From Candidatus Nealsonbacteria bacterium (GTDB lineage: Bacteria; Patescibacteriota; Minisyncoccia; Minisyncoccales; RBG-13-36-15), in contig DRFQ01000009.1 of NCBI GenBank assembly GCA_011050465.1, positions 64,334-128,333 on the forward strand: a stretch of 64,000 nucleotides of DNA, read 5' to 3'. The notes beneath the pieces are model-generated. The model saw only the letters and a list, made by a program, of their open reading frames with translations, was not told the DNA's origin and did not search any database. Shown piece by piece: positions 47,978-55,821 of this stretch. The translations under genes and the position numbers were made by a program. Position 1 is the first letter of the stretch; every line of letters starts with the position of its first letter.

Positions 47978-49237
47978 ATGATTGGTAATTTTCGACCAAT
48001 TTCTATATCGCTTTCGCCAAACACCGAAAAAGATGATATTGACTTAGCTTTAAAATTAATCTTCCAACCTTGGCGGTGGAAAGAAGGAAAAGACATTGGA
48101 ATATTAGAGAAAGAGTTTAAAAAACATTTTGGAACAAAACATGCTGTCTCTTTTAATAGTGGCCGCTCGGCTTTTTTAGCAATTTTAAAGTCACTTGGTT
48201 TACAGGAAAATACCGAGGTTTTACTTCAGGCTTTTACTTGTAATGCAGCCGTAAGTCCTATTTTGTGGGCTAATTTAAAGCCAGCTTATGTTGATTGCAA
48301 GAAAGAAACTTTCAATATTGACACAGAAAATTTACAAAAAAAAGTTACTCAGGCAAGTAAAATTTTAGTAATTCAGCATACTTTTGGTTTGGCAGCCGAA
48401 ATGGAAAAGATTTTAGAAATTTGCCAAAGGAATAATCTAATTTTAATTGAAGATTGTGCTCATTCTTTAGGAACTAGTTATCGGGGGAAAAAAGTAGGCA
48501 CCTTTGGCAAGGCTGCTTTTTTTAGTTTTTCTCGAGATAAAATTATATCCTCAGTCTACGGCGGAATGGTGATAACTGATGATGATATTCTGGCTAAAAA
48601 ACTTAAAGAATTTCAAGAAAAAGTAAGTTATCCCTCAAATTTTTGGATCTTTCAGCAGTTACTTCATCCAGTTCTGATGAGTTTTTTAATTTTGCCTACC
48701 TATTCTTTTTTAAGGCTTGGCAAAACATTATTGAGCGTTTTTCAGTGGCTCCAGATTTTGTCAAAAGCTGTTCATTGGACAGAAAAAAAAGGAAAAAAAC
48801 CAGGTTATTTTCCAAAAAAAATGCCAAATGTTCTCTCTTTTCTTGCCTTAAATCAACTAAGAAAACTTGAGAGATTTAATAACCATAGACGCAAAATAGC
48901 TAATTTTTATTACAATAATTTAAGAAATACTTCTTTCGAGTTGTTAGAAAAAAGTGAGGGCCAAGTTTTTTTAAGATTTACAATAAAACACTCAAAAGCT
49001 CATCAAATTATTAAAAAAGCTTGGCAGGAAAACATTTTAATAGGGGACTGGTACACAACTCCTATTGCCCCTCATGATACCAATCTGGAGAAAATGAAAT
49101 ATATTTCTGGAAGTTGTCCAAGAGCTGAAAAATTAGCCAAAGAAACTCTAAATTTACCAACCCATATTAATATTTCGCAAGAGGAGGCTAAAAAGATTGT
49201 AGATTTTCTGATTCGAGTCACTCATCTTTATTTTTAA
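47978..49237 (+). CDS. DegT/DnrJ/EryC1-family PLP-dependent aminotransferase
   Basis: FSFSRDKIISS (PLP lysine) and DCAHSLG. A hydrophobic insertion is present (FWIFQQLLHPVLMSFLILPTYSF). Confidence 0.75.
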   Translation: MIGNFRPISISLSPNTEKDDIDLALKLIFQPWRWKEGKDIGILEKEFKKHFGTKHAVSFNSGRSAFLAILKSLGLQENTEVLLQAFTCNAAVSPILWANLKPAYVDCKKETFNIDTENLQKKVTQASKILVIQHTFGLAAEMEKILEICQRNNLILIEDCAHSLGTSYRGKKVGTFGKAAFFSFSRDKIISSVYGGMVITDDDILAKKLKEFQEKVSYPSNFWIFQQLLHPVLMSFLILPTYSFLRLGKTLLSVFQWLQILSKAVHWTEKKGKKPGYFPKKMPNVLSFLALNQLRKLERFNNHRRKIANFYYNNLRNTSFELLEKSEGQVFLRFTIKHSKAHQIIKKAWQENILIGDWYTTPIAPHDTNLEKMKYISGSCPRAEKLAKETLNLPTHINISQEEAKKIVDFLIRVTHLYF

Positions 49238-49242
49238 TTCTT

Positions 49243-49274
49243 AACACATTTATGACGGCCGTCATAAATGTGTT
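49243..49274. repeat. 32-bp perfect palindrome
   Basis: aacacatttatgacgg is followed directly by its reverse complement ccgtcataaatgtgtt. Confidence 0.8.
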
Positions 49275-49289
49275 ATATGTCTATGGGTT

Positions 49290-50324
49290 ATGGGCTTTAA
49301 AATTAGAGAAATAAATAATAAAAAAGTCTGGGAAGAATTTTTATCGAGGACTAATGAAAAGACCTTTCTACAATCTTGGAACTGGGGGGAATTTCAGAAA
49401 GTAACGGGAAATAAGATTTGGAGATTGGGGGTTTATACAGAAGATAATTTATTGGGCTTAACTTTGGTTATTAAGATTACAGCTAGGAGGGGAGTTTTTT
49501 TGTTTTGTCCGCACGGGCCAGTTATCAAAGAACAAAAAACAGAGAACAGAAAACAAATTTTAAGAGAGTTTATCAATGTATTGAAAGAAATTGCCGGGGA
49601 AGAAGGGGCGAGCTTTATCAGAATTGCTCCGATTTGGGAAAGAAACCGAGAAAACATTAAAATCTTCAAAACTCTGGGATTCAGGGAAGCCCCTATTCAT
49701 ATGCATCCTGAGTTAACCTGGATGTTAGATATTACGCCGGACGAAGAGCAACTTTTAATGCAAATGCGCAAAACCACTCGTTATTTAATTCGCCAGGCCC
49801 AGAAGAACCCAGATGTTATAATTAGCAACAGTCAGAAGTTAGACAATGTTGAAAAATTTAATGAACTTTATCAAATAACAGTTGATCGACACAATTTTAT
49901 TCCTTTTTCGTTAGACTACCTCAAAAATGAAGTCTCAGCATTTTTATCAGATAATCAGGTAGTAATATTTTTAGGTAGATATAAAGAAGAAATATTAGGT
50001 TCTGCTATTGTAATCTATTGGCAGGGAACTGCTTTCTATCATCAAGGAGCTTCATCTTTAAAATATCCGAAAATTCCCGTATCTTACCTTTTACAATGGG
50101 AAGCCATTAAAGAAGCCAAAAAAAGAGGTTGCAAAATTTATAACTTCTGGGGGATTGCTTCAACTGATTCTTCAAGGCATCCCTGGGCGGGTCTTACTTT
50201 ATTTAAGAAAGGCTTTGGCGGATATGAAAAAGAATATGTTAAAACTCAGGATTTACCACTATCGAAAAAATATTGGCTAAATTATTTTGTCGAGAAATTA
50301 AGAAAAACCAGAAGGGGATTATAA
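49290..50324 (+). CDS. FemAB/FemX-family peptidoglycan branch aminoacyl-transferase
   Basis: FLQSWNWGEFQ, RKTTRYLIRQAQK and YHQGAS, plus the C-terminal L..FK.GFGG. Confidence 0.8.
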   Translation: MGFKIREINNKKVWEEFLSRTNEKTFLQSWNWGEFQKVTGNKIWRLGVYTEDNLLGLTLVIKITARRGVFLFCPHGPVIKEQKTENRKQILREFINVLKEIAGEEGASFIRIAPIWERNRENIKIFKTLGFREAPIHMHPELTWMLDITPDEEQLLMQMRKTTRYLIRQAQKNPDVIISNSQKLDNVEKFNELYQITVDRHNFIPFSLDYLKNEVSAFLSDNQVVIFLGRYKEEILGSAIVIYWQGTAFYHQGASSLKYPKIPVSYLLQWEAIKEAKKRGCKIYNFWGIASTDSSRHPWAGLTLFKKGFGGYEKEYVKTQDLPLSKKYWLNYFVEKLRKTRRGL

Positions 50325-50401
50325 ATGTTAAAAGTGGAAGTTTAAACATTTATAAATTAAAGGTTGGAAAAGAATAAGCGACAAAAGAGGTTCTAATTTC
50401 A

Positions 50402-51238
50402 ATGATTACCAGGAGATTTAGAAAACCTTACCGGATTAGAAAGAAAAAATCGATTTTACGCAATCGATTTTTTTGGCTAGGCATTATAATCATTATTATT
50501 GCCGGAGCTATTTTTTATTTTTTATTTTTTTCAAAGACTTTCCAGATTAAACAAACTATTGTTACCGGCGAAGAAAAGGTCTCAGAAGAAAGTCTTAAAT
50601 TATTAATAGAAAAAAGGTTAGAAAATAGAATATTGTTTTTTAAGACAAGAAGCCTTTTCTTGGTTAACTTAAATGGAATAAAAGATGATATTTTAGATAA
50701 CTTTCCCCAGATAGCAGAAGTTAAAGTCAGTCAAAGTTTCCCTGATACTATTAATATTATTGTAGTAGAAAGATTGGATTTGGCAATTTGGTGCCAAACA
50801 GAACATTGTTTTTTACTTGATAGAAAAGGAATAATTTTTGACTTAGTTAGAAATGACATTTCTACTGAATCTGAGAAGGTTCCGGGCGAAATTGTTTTGA
50901 CAAAGATTATAGACAGAAGAGATATAAGTTCTTTTAATTTGGGAGATCAAATCATTGAAGAAGATGTTTTAGTATCGATTCTCGACATTAAAAAACACAT
51001 AAAAGGAAATCTTGAAATAGAAATAGAAGAGTTTGTTATTCTTAATCCAGGAAGGTTGAACGTTAAAACCGCCGAAGGCTGGGAGATTTATTTTGATCTT
51101 CAAAAGGATATCTCCTGGCAGCTGACAAAATTAAATTTGGTTTTAAAAGAAGAAATCCCCCCGGAAGAAAGAGGGAATTTAGATTATATCGAGCTAAGGT
51201 TCACCAGGGTCTACTATAAATATAAAGCAGGAGATTAA
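50402..51238 (+). CDS. ftsQ: Cell division protein FtsQ/DivIB
   Basis: Basic N-terminus, TM helix, POTRA (I..I.V.G......I), and position after the mur/fem genes. Confidence 0.75.
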   Translation: MITRRFRKPYRIRKKKSILRNRFFWLGIIIIIIAGAIFYFLFFSKTFQIKQTIVTGEEKVSEESLKLLIEKRLENRILFFKTRSLFLVNLNGIKDDILDNFPQIAEVKVSQSFPDTINIIVVERLDLAIWCQTEHCFLLDRKGIIFDLVRNDISTESEKVPGEIVLTKIIDRRDISSFNLGDQIIEEDVLVSILDIKKHIKGNLEIEIEEFVILNPGRLNVKTAEGWEIYFDLQKDISWQLTKLNLVLKEEIPPEERGNLDYIELRFTRVYYKYKAGD

Positions 51239-53118
51239 TCAATATAATATACGAAAATTGAGTAGCCGATTTTTTTTATAAGTTTGTATTTATCAAGCCA
51301 GAGATAATATCCTACAGGTTGGTCAAAGCCATAAGCTGGTTGGCCTTTTCCTCCCTGCAAAAGAGTAACAGATACCGCCAGATAGCTTCCCTTGGGAAGC
51401 TTTTTTGGATTCCACCTCCCCTGCCAGGGCCTAAATCTTTTGCCCAAATAATACGTTGTATCTCCTCCACCGAAATAATCAACGTAAATTTCATTAATTC
51501 CTTCTTTTTCTATCCACGTTTTTAATCTCTTTAAATCCTGGCCCCAGTCTAGATTGGAATCAACAGCATAAGTATGGCCATTATTTGGCCCGCCGACTGT
51601 TTCATTGAAATAAGAAAGAAAATGAGGATAAGTTTTTATAACCGAAACAGCCTGCCAGAGAATTAAAATAATTAAAATTGAGTATTTAATAAGTTTGAAC
51701 AGGCGATTTCTTTCTGTTTTTAATAAAACAATGATCCCGCCGCCGACCAGAATATAAACAAAAGGAAAGGTGGGAAGCAGGTGTCGGACGCCAATGTTTA
51801 AGTTGCTGCTTAAACTTGTTCCCCAATATATCAGAAGCCAAACCAAGAAAACAAATTCAGTGAAGTGATCTTTTATCCAATTTCTAAGACGGGAAAGAGT
51901 TTGCCTCCAGGACATTCGGCTGAGCCCTTCGGCAGTGAGCTCAGGACGAACCTGCTCAGTCGAAGCCAAAAGCCTCTTTATTGAGTAAGCGACGAAAAGC
52001 AAAGTTATCAAAGTTAAAATATGAAAAGCCAAGGGTTCCTTAATAATATAAACAATAGGGAAGTATTGAATCCAGCCTGCAGCTGAAATTTCTCCTAAAA
52101 AGTAAGTAGTATTACCGCCGGCCGCCCTTCCTGTAGCCATAAAAACACCTAAAAAATAATGACTCCAAGGCTTTAGAATCGGACGTTCTGCCATCCAACC
52201 GACAATTTCTGCGGGAGTCCCCAGTTTCAAGGGAAGATTAGGCAAAATATTATTAAGGGGATGGTCTTTTAAAAACTCTTGAGCATAATCTTCTATCTTT
52301 TCTGTGGGTAAGTTTAAAACATGATATTGGTATACAGGCCAGATTAAAAGAAAAGCAATGATAAAAACCAGAATAATCTTTACACCATAAGAGAAAAATT
52401 GTTTAATTTTTTCTTTCTCAACTTTAAATATTATCCAAAGAAAGAAGATAATGATAAAAAGAGGAAAGAGAAGGATTAAAGAGAATTTTAAAAGTTGAGC
52501 TATTGCAAAAGCAATACCAGCTAAAATAATATTCTTATAAGTAGGGGTTTTTAAGAATTTTAGAAAGTAGTAAATACCCAGAACTGCTCCGGCCGCCGCG
52601 GCGACATCTGTGGTGACCAATCTGCCGTGAGCGAGAAAATTAGGTGAGAAAACAAACAGAAACAAGGACAGAAGCGCAGCCTTGTTTCCAAAAAGTTTTC
52701 TTGTCCAGAGGAAGATAAACCATCCTAAAAATATCAATAATAAAATCATGGGCAGCCTCGACCAGAATAAGATTTGGTCAGGATCGTTGCCTGAACGGTA
52801 TAAAAATTGATAGGCAAAATCGAATTGATGCCACCAGACAGGTTTCTCGTCTTGAATCCAAGATGAATCATCTTTTGGGAAATTAAGATTTAGAAACAGA
52901 AGCGGGATAGCAGCAAGGTCTTTGATTAATGGGGGATGCTCCGGATTAAGCCTCATATCCTTTTGAGTTAGATAGGAATAGCCAGCTGAGACATGGGCAG
53001 TTTCGTCAAAAGTAAAAGAATCCTCGAGTATACTGAAAATAGCCATCAAGAACATAGATAGAAGCAATATTCCAGCGATAATATAGGTCAAGTCATTTGG
53101 AGACCTCAATTTTGACAT
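51235..53118 (-). CDS. GT39/PMT_2-type phospholipid-carrier-dependent glycosyltransferase
   Basis: FDETAHVSAGYSY ... NPEHPPLIKDL loop-1 motif in a polytopic membrane protein. Confidence 0.8.
   Translation of the reverse strand: MSKLRSPNDLTYIIAGILLLSMFLMAIFSILEDSFTFDETAHVSAGYSYLTQKDMRLNPEHPPLIKDLAAIPLLFLNLNFPKDDSSWIQDEKPVWWHQFDFAYQFLYRSGNDPDQILFWSRLPMILLLIFLGWFIFLWTRKLFGNKAALLSLFLFVFSPNFLAHGRLVTTDVAAAAGAVLGIYYFLKFLKTPTYKNIILAGIAFAIAQLLKFSLILLFPLFIIIFFLWIIFKVEKEKIKQFFSYGVKIILVFIIAFLLIWPVYQYHVLNLPTEKIEDYAQEFLKDHPLNNILPNLPLKLGTPAEIVGWMAERPILKPWSHYFLGVFMATGRAAGGNTTYFLGEISAAGWIQYFPIVYIIKEPLAFHILTLITLLFVAYSIKRLLASTEQVRPELTAEGLSRMSWRQTLSRLRNWIKDHFTEFVFLVWLLIYWGTSLSSNLNIGVRHLLPTFPFVYILVGGGIIVLLKTERNRLFKLIKYSILIILILWQAVSVIKTYPHFLSYFNETVGGPNNGHTYAVDSNLDWGQDLKRLKTWIEKEGINEIYVDYFGGGDTTYYLGKRFRPWQGRWNPKKLPKGSYLAVSVTLLQGGKGQPAYGFDQPVGYYLWLDKYKLIKKIGYSIFVYYID
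51907..51967 (+). repeat. Family A GC-rich element, in-frame intragenic copy
   Basis: The 61 nt are identical to 61325-61385. On the minus strand they encode ASTEQVRPELTAEGLSRMSW within the GT39 protein. Confidence 0.85.
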
Positions 53119-53123
53119 AGAAT

Positions 53124-53255
53124 TTAGAAAATTAAAATAAAGATTAAAGCAAAAATTAAGTCCAAGACTTTAGAAAAGATAATAATAAGAAGAATTCCTC
53201 CTAAAATTATTAATAGTATTCTTAGTTTATTACCCATTTCTGTTTTCATTTTCAT
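53124..53255 (-). CDS. Candidate 43-aa single-TM protein between the two GT39 genes (not in the ORF track)
   Basis: Its ATG (53255-53253) overlaps the upstream TGA stop as ATGA. Its stop lies 5 nt before the next ATG. Translation: MKMKTEMGNKLRILLIILGGILLIIIFSKVLDLIFALIFILIF. Confidence 0.4.
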   Translation of the reverse strand: MKMKTEMGNKLRILLIILGGILLIIIFSKVLDLIFALIFILIF

Positions 53256-54865
53256 TCTATTCTGTAAAGATAAAAGCTGTTTGTTTCTATAACTTTTCCT
53301 TGGGGAAATTTCTTCCGAAGCTCATCAAATAGTTTTCCGTCATATAATGGTACAATTATAGTTTCTTTTTGATCCGTTTCAATTTTATTTAAATCCTCAG
53401 CTTTTACATAGATTGAACGTGGCTGATTGAATTTAGCAGCTTCAATGAATATAACGGTTTGAGCCGGGATCGAAATTCCATAGAGAGGTACTCCGGGTTC
53501 GTTTACTATTACATACTTTTTAATTTTAGAAGGTAGAGAATTAAGGTAGTTTCCGATTGTTACATAATTCTTAGAAAAAGCCTTTTCTACTTCTGAGTTT
53601 TTGGCCCAGTTATAAAAATATTTATTAAATTCAGAATAGCCAGTAAAAACAATGAACAGTAAACAAAGAACAAAAAGCAACTTCGGCTTTTTGATTATAT
53701 TTTTTAACCATCCATAGATTACTAAACCTCCGATTGCGGCAAAAATATAGACTACCGGTATTACTCCAATTACTCTTAGAGCATGAGGAACCCCTTCATA
53801 GGTTAAAACGCCAGGCAAAAGCATAGCAAAGAACCAAATGAACAGTAAACAATAAACAGTAAACAGCGGGTAATTTTTAGTTTTGATTGATTGAATTAAG
53901 TGTCTGATTGATAAAACAATACCAATTAGAAATAAGATTCCTATTGGCCAGAAGAGCATGGGGGATCCTGCAAAATTATGACGCCAATTTGGATCACCGT
54001 AAAAATTGAACATTCCCAAATGCTTAACAAGGCTTTCTCCAAAAGCCATAACTGGACTTTGTTGAGAAAAAATAGAAACTCCAGTGGCCCGACCAATAAA
54101 ATCTCCAGGATTCTGTAAAAAATAAATCCCAATCGGCAGAGCTATTAAAATAATTACGACTAAAAAAACATTAACCTTCCACCAGCCGTCTCGTAAATAT
54201 ATTTTTTTCCAGAGAATCCTGCCCCAGCCAATTTCAGACCTTTCTTTTTTTAAATATTCTATAAATTTTAATATTAGAATTATAATTATGATAATGACAG
54301 CCATTCGAAAAGAAATATAAGTATAGAAACCTATTCCCCAGAAAATACCAGAAAAAATAAAGTTTGAAAGCTTCTTGGTCCGGAAGGCCTTCATTAGAAA
54401 ATATAAGCCAAAAACCAAGACGAAGGGAACTAAAATTCCCCGGAAGCCAATTCTGGAAAAATTAGTGTGCCAGAAAGAAATAGCCAGGAAAAAAGAAGCT
54501 AAAAGGGCAATAGCCGAATGATTAAATGGTTTTATGGCTAAATGACTAAATAGTTCCTTGGTTAGTAAATATAGACCAAGGACAGTGAGTATCCCAATGA
54601 TTGCAGTAACGATTTTTAATGACCAGACAGAAGCTCCAAAGACAGCAAAAGATAAGGCAACTAAATTAATAAAAAGGCCTTCGCGGCCGTTATTGTCCGG
54701 ATAAAAAACTTTAAGATTGCCGGTTCTCAAAACTTCTAAAGCATTATTTCCATTGATAGCCTCATCGGGATAGAGCCCTGGTGGAATAGAATCTAACTGC
54801 CAGAGTCTAAAAAAAGAGGCGATAACCAGAATAAGCAACAAAAATAATAATCCTTTATTCTTCAT
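53252..54865 (-). CDS. GT39/ArnT-like membrane glycosyltransferase
   Basis: PPGLYPDEAINGNNAL N-terminal loop motif and more than 10 TM helices. Confidence 0.8.
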   Translation of the reverse strand: MKNKGLLFLLLILVIASFFRLWQLDSIPPGLYPDEAINGNNALEVLRTGNLKVFYPDNNGREGLFINLVALSFAVFGASVWSLKIVTAIIGILTVLGLYLLTKELFSHLAIKPFNHSAIALLASFFLAISFWHTNFSRIGFRGILVPFVLVFGLYFLMKAFRTKKLSNFIFSGIFWGIGFYTYISFRMAVIIIIIILILKFIEYLKKERSEIGWGRILWKKIYLRDGWWKVNVFLVVIILIALPIGIYFLQNPGDFIGRATGVSIFSQQSPVMAFGESLVKHLGMFNFYGDPNWRHNFAGSPMLFWPIGILFLIGIVLSIRHLIQSIKTKNYPLFTVYCLLFIWFFAMLLPGVLTYEGVPHALRVIGVIPVVYIFAAIGGLVIYGWLKNIIKKPKLLFVLCLLFIVFTGYSEFNKYFYNWAKNSEVEKAFSKNYVTIGNYLNSLPSKIKKYVIVNEPGVPLYGISIPAQTVIFIEAAKFNQPRSIYVKAEDLNKIETDQKETIIVPLYDGKLFDELRKKFPQGKVIETNSFYLYRIE

Positions 54866-54914
54866 TAAAGTATTCTAACAAATATGGATTAAAAAATATA
54901 GTGAATTTGTTTTC

Positions 54915-54944
54915 TTGACAAATTATTATGGACGTTTATATAAT
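54915..54944 (+). promoter_or_regulatory. Near-consensus sigma-70 promoter with no obvious gene directly behind it
   Basis: TTGACA (54915-54920), an 18-nt spacer, then TATAAT (54939-54944). Confidence 0.5.
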
Positions 54945-55229
54945 AAACTATCTGGCAGCGGAAAGACTCGGGAATGGAAAGTACAACGGAAAAAACAGTT
55001 CCTTTTTTCTGAAAGGCTTCGCCATGATTCTTGGGTGGAGTTTTTTGTTATTAATCATCGATGCGGGAGGTTGACGGTTAATTTTTATTCGTGTAAAATA
55101 AAATGAGTATTCTTGACTTTTACTCCTAAATAAACAACATAATCGCTTAAAATAAAAAGTTTAAAGTTTGGCAATTAACCCGTTCGATAGGCTCAGGGCT
55201 AATCTTGAGTGTAATCGAAGGATTGAAAA

Positions 55230-55784
55230 ATGGAAGGGAACACCGAAGAAAAAAATAAAAGAGAAGACAATAAAAAAGAAAAAAAATTAAGCGTTGATGA
55301 ACCGAAAGAAAAATTGAAAGAATTTCAAAGACTAGCCGGTGAGTATTTGGCTGGTTGGAAGCGTTCGAGAGCCGACCTATTGAATTACAAAAAAGAGGAA
55401 ATGAACAGGATTTCAGAGGCTCTAAAATATGCCAATAAGGAGTTAATCTTAAAAATATTATCAGTCTTAGACACTTTTGATTTAGCAGAAAAGAGACTAC
55501 CGGCAAATTTAAATAATAACGAACATATCAAGGGAATTTTTCAAATAAGAAATCAACTGCAAGATCTTCTAAAAAATCAAAAAGTAGAAGAGATAAAGGT
55601 ACTGGGGGAAAAATTTGATCCAAATTTCCAGGAAGTCATAGAAGAAGTAGCAGTAAAACCCTTCTCCTCTGAAGCTTCGGAGGGCAGGGATAAAGAATCA
55701 GGTCTTGTCATTGAGGAAGTTCAGAAAGGATATTTATTACACGGCAAAATTTTGAGGCCAGCTAAAGTGAAAGTTTCAAAATAA
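55230..55784 (+). CDS. grpE: Nucleotide exchange factor GrpE
   Basis: Motifs YLAGWKRSRADLLNYKKE, DTFDLA, FDPNFQEV and QKGY, upstream of dnaK. Confidence 0.9.
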   Translation: MEGNTEEKNKREDNKKEKKLSVDEPKEKLKEFQRLAGEYLAGWKRSRADLLNYKKEEMNRISEALKYANKELILKILSVLDTFDLAEKRLPANLNNNEHIKGIFQIRNQLQDLLKNQKVEEIKVLGEKFDPNFQEVIEEVAVKPFSSEASEGRDKESGLVIEEVQKGYLLHGKILRPAKVKVSK

Positions 55785-55821
55785 ACAAAGTATATAAAAT
55801 TTTAAAGATAAAATAAATTAT

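Noticed and set aside
54915-55106. 63-aa ORF upstream of grpE.
   Set aside because: The ORF begins at 54915, at the -35 hexamer, and spans both promoter boxes. It has no SD and no recognisable features, so the region is treated as non-coding.
55150-55215. CIRCE (HrcA operator) upstream of grpE-dnaK-dnaJ.
   Set aside because: Only a degenerate right half (ttgagtgtaa) and a poor left half (ataggctc) are present. The TTAGCACTC-N9-GAGTGCTAA consensus is not met.
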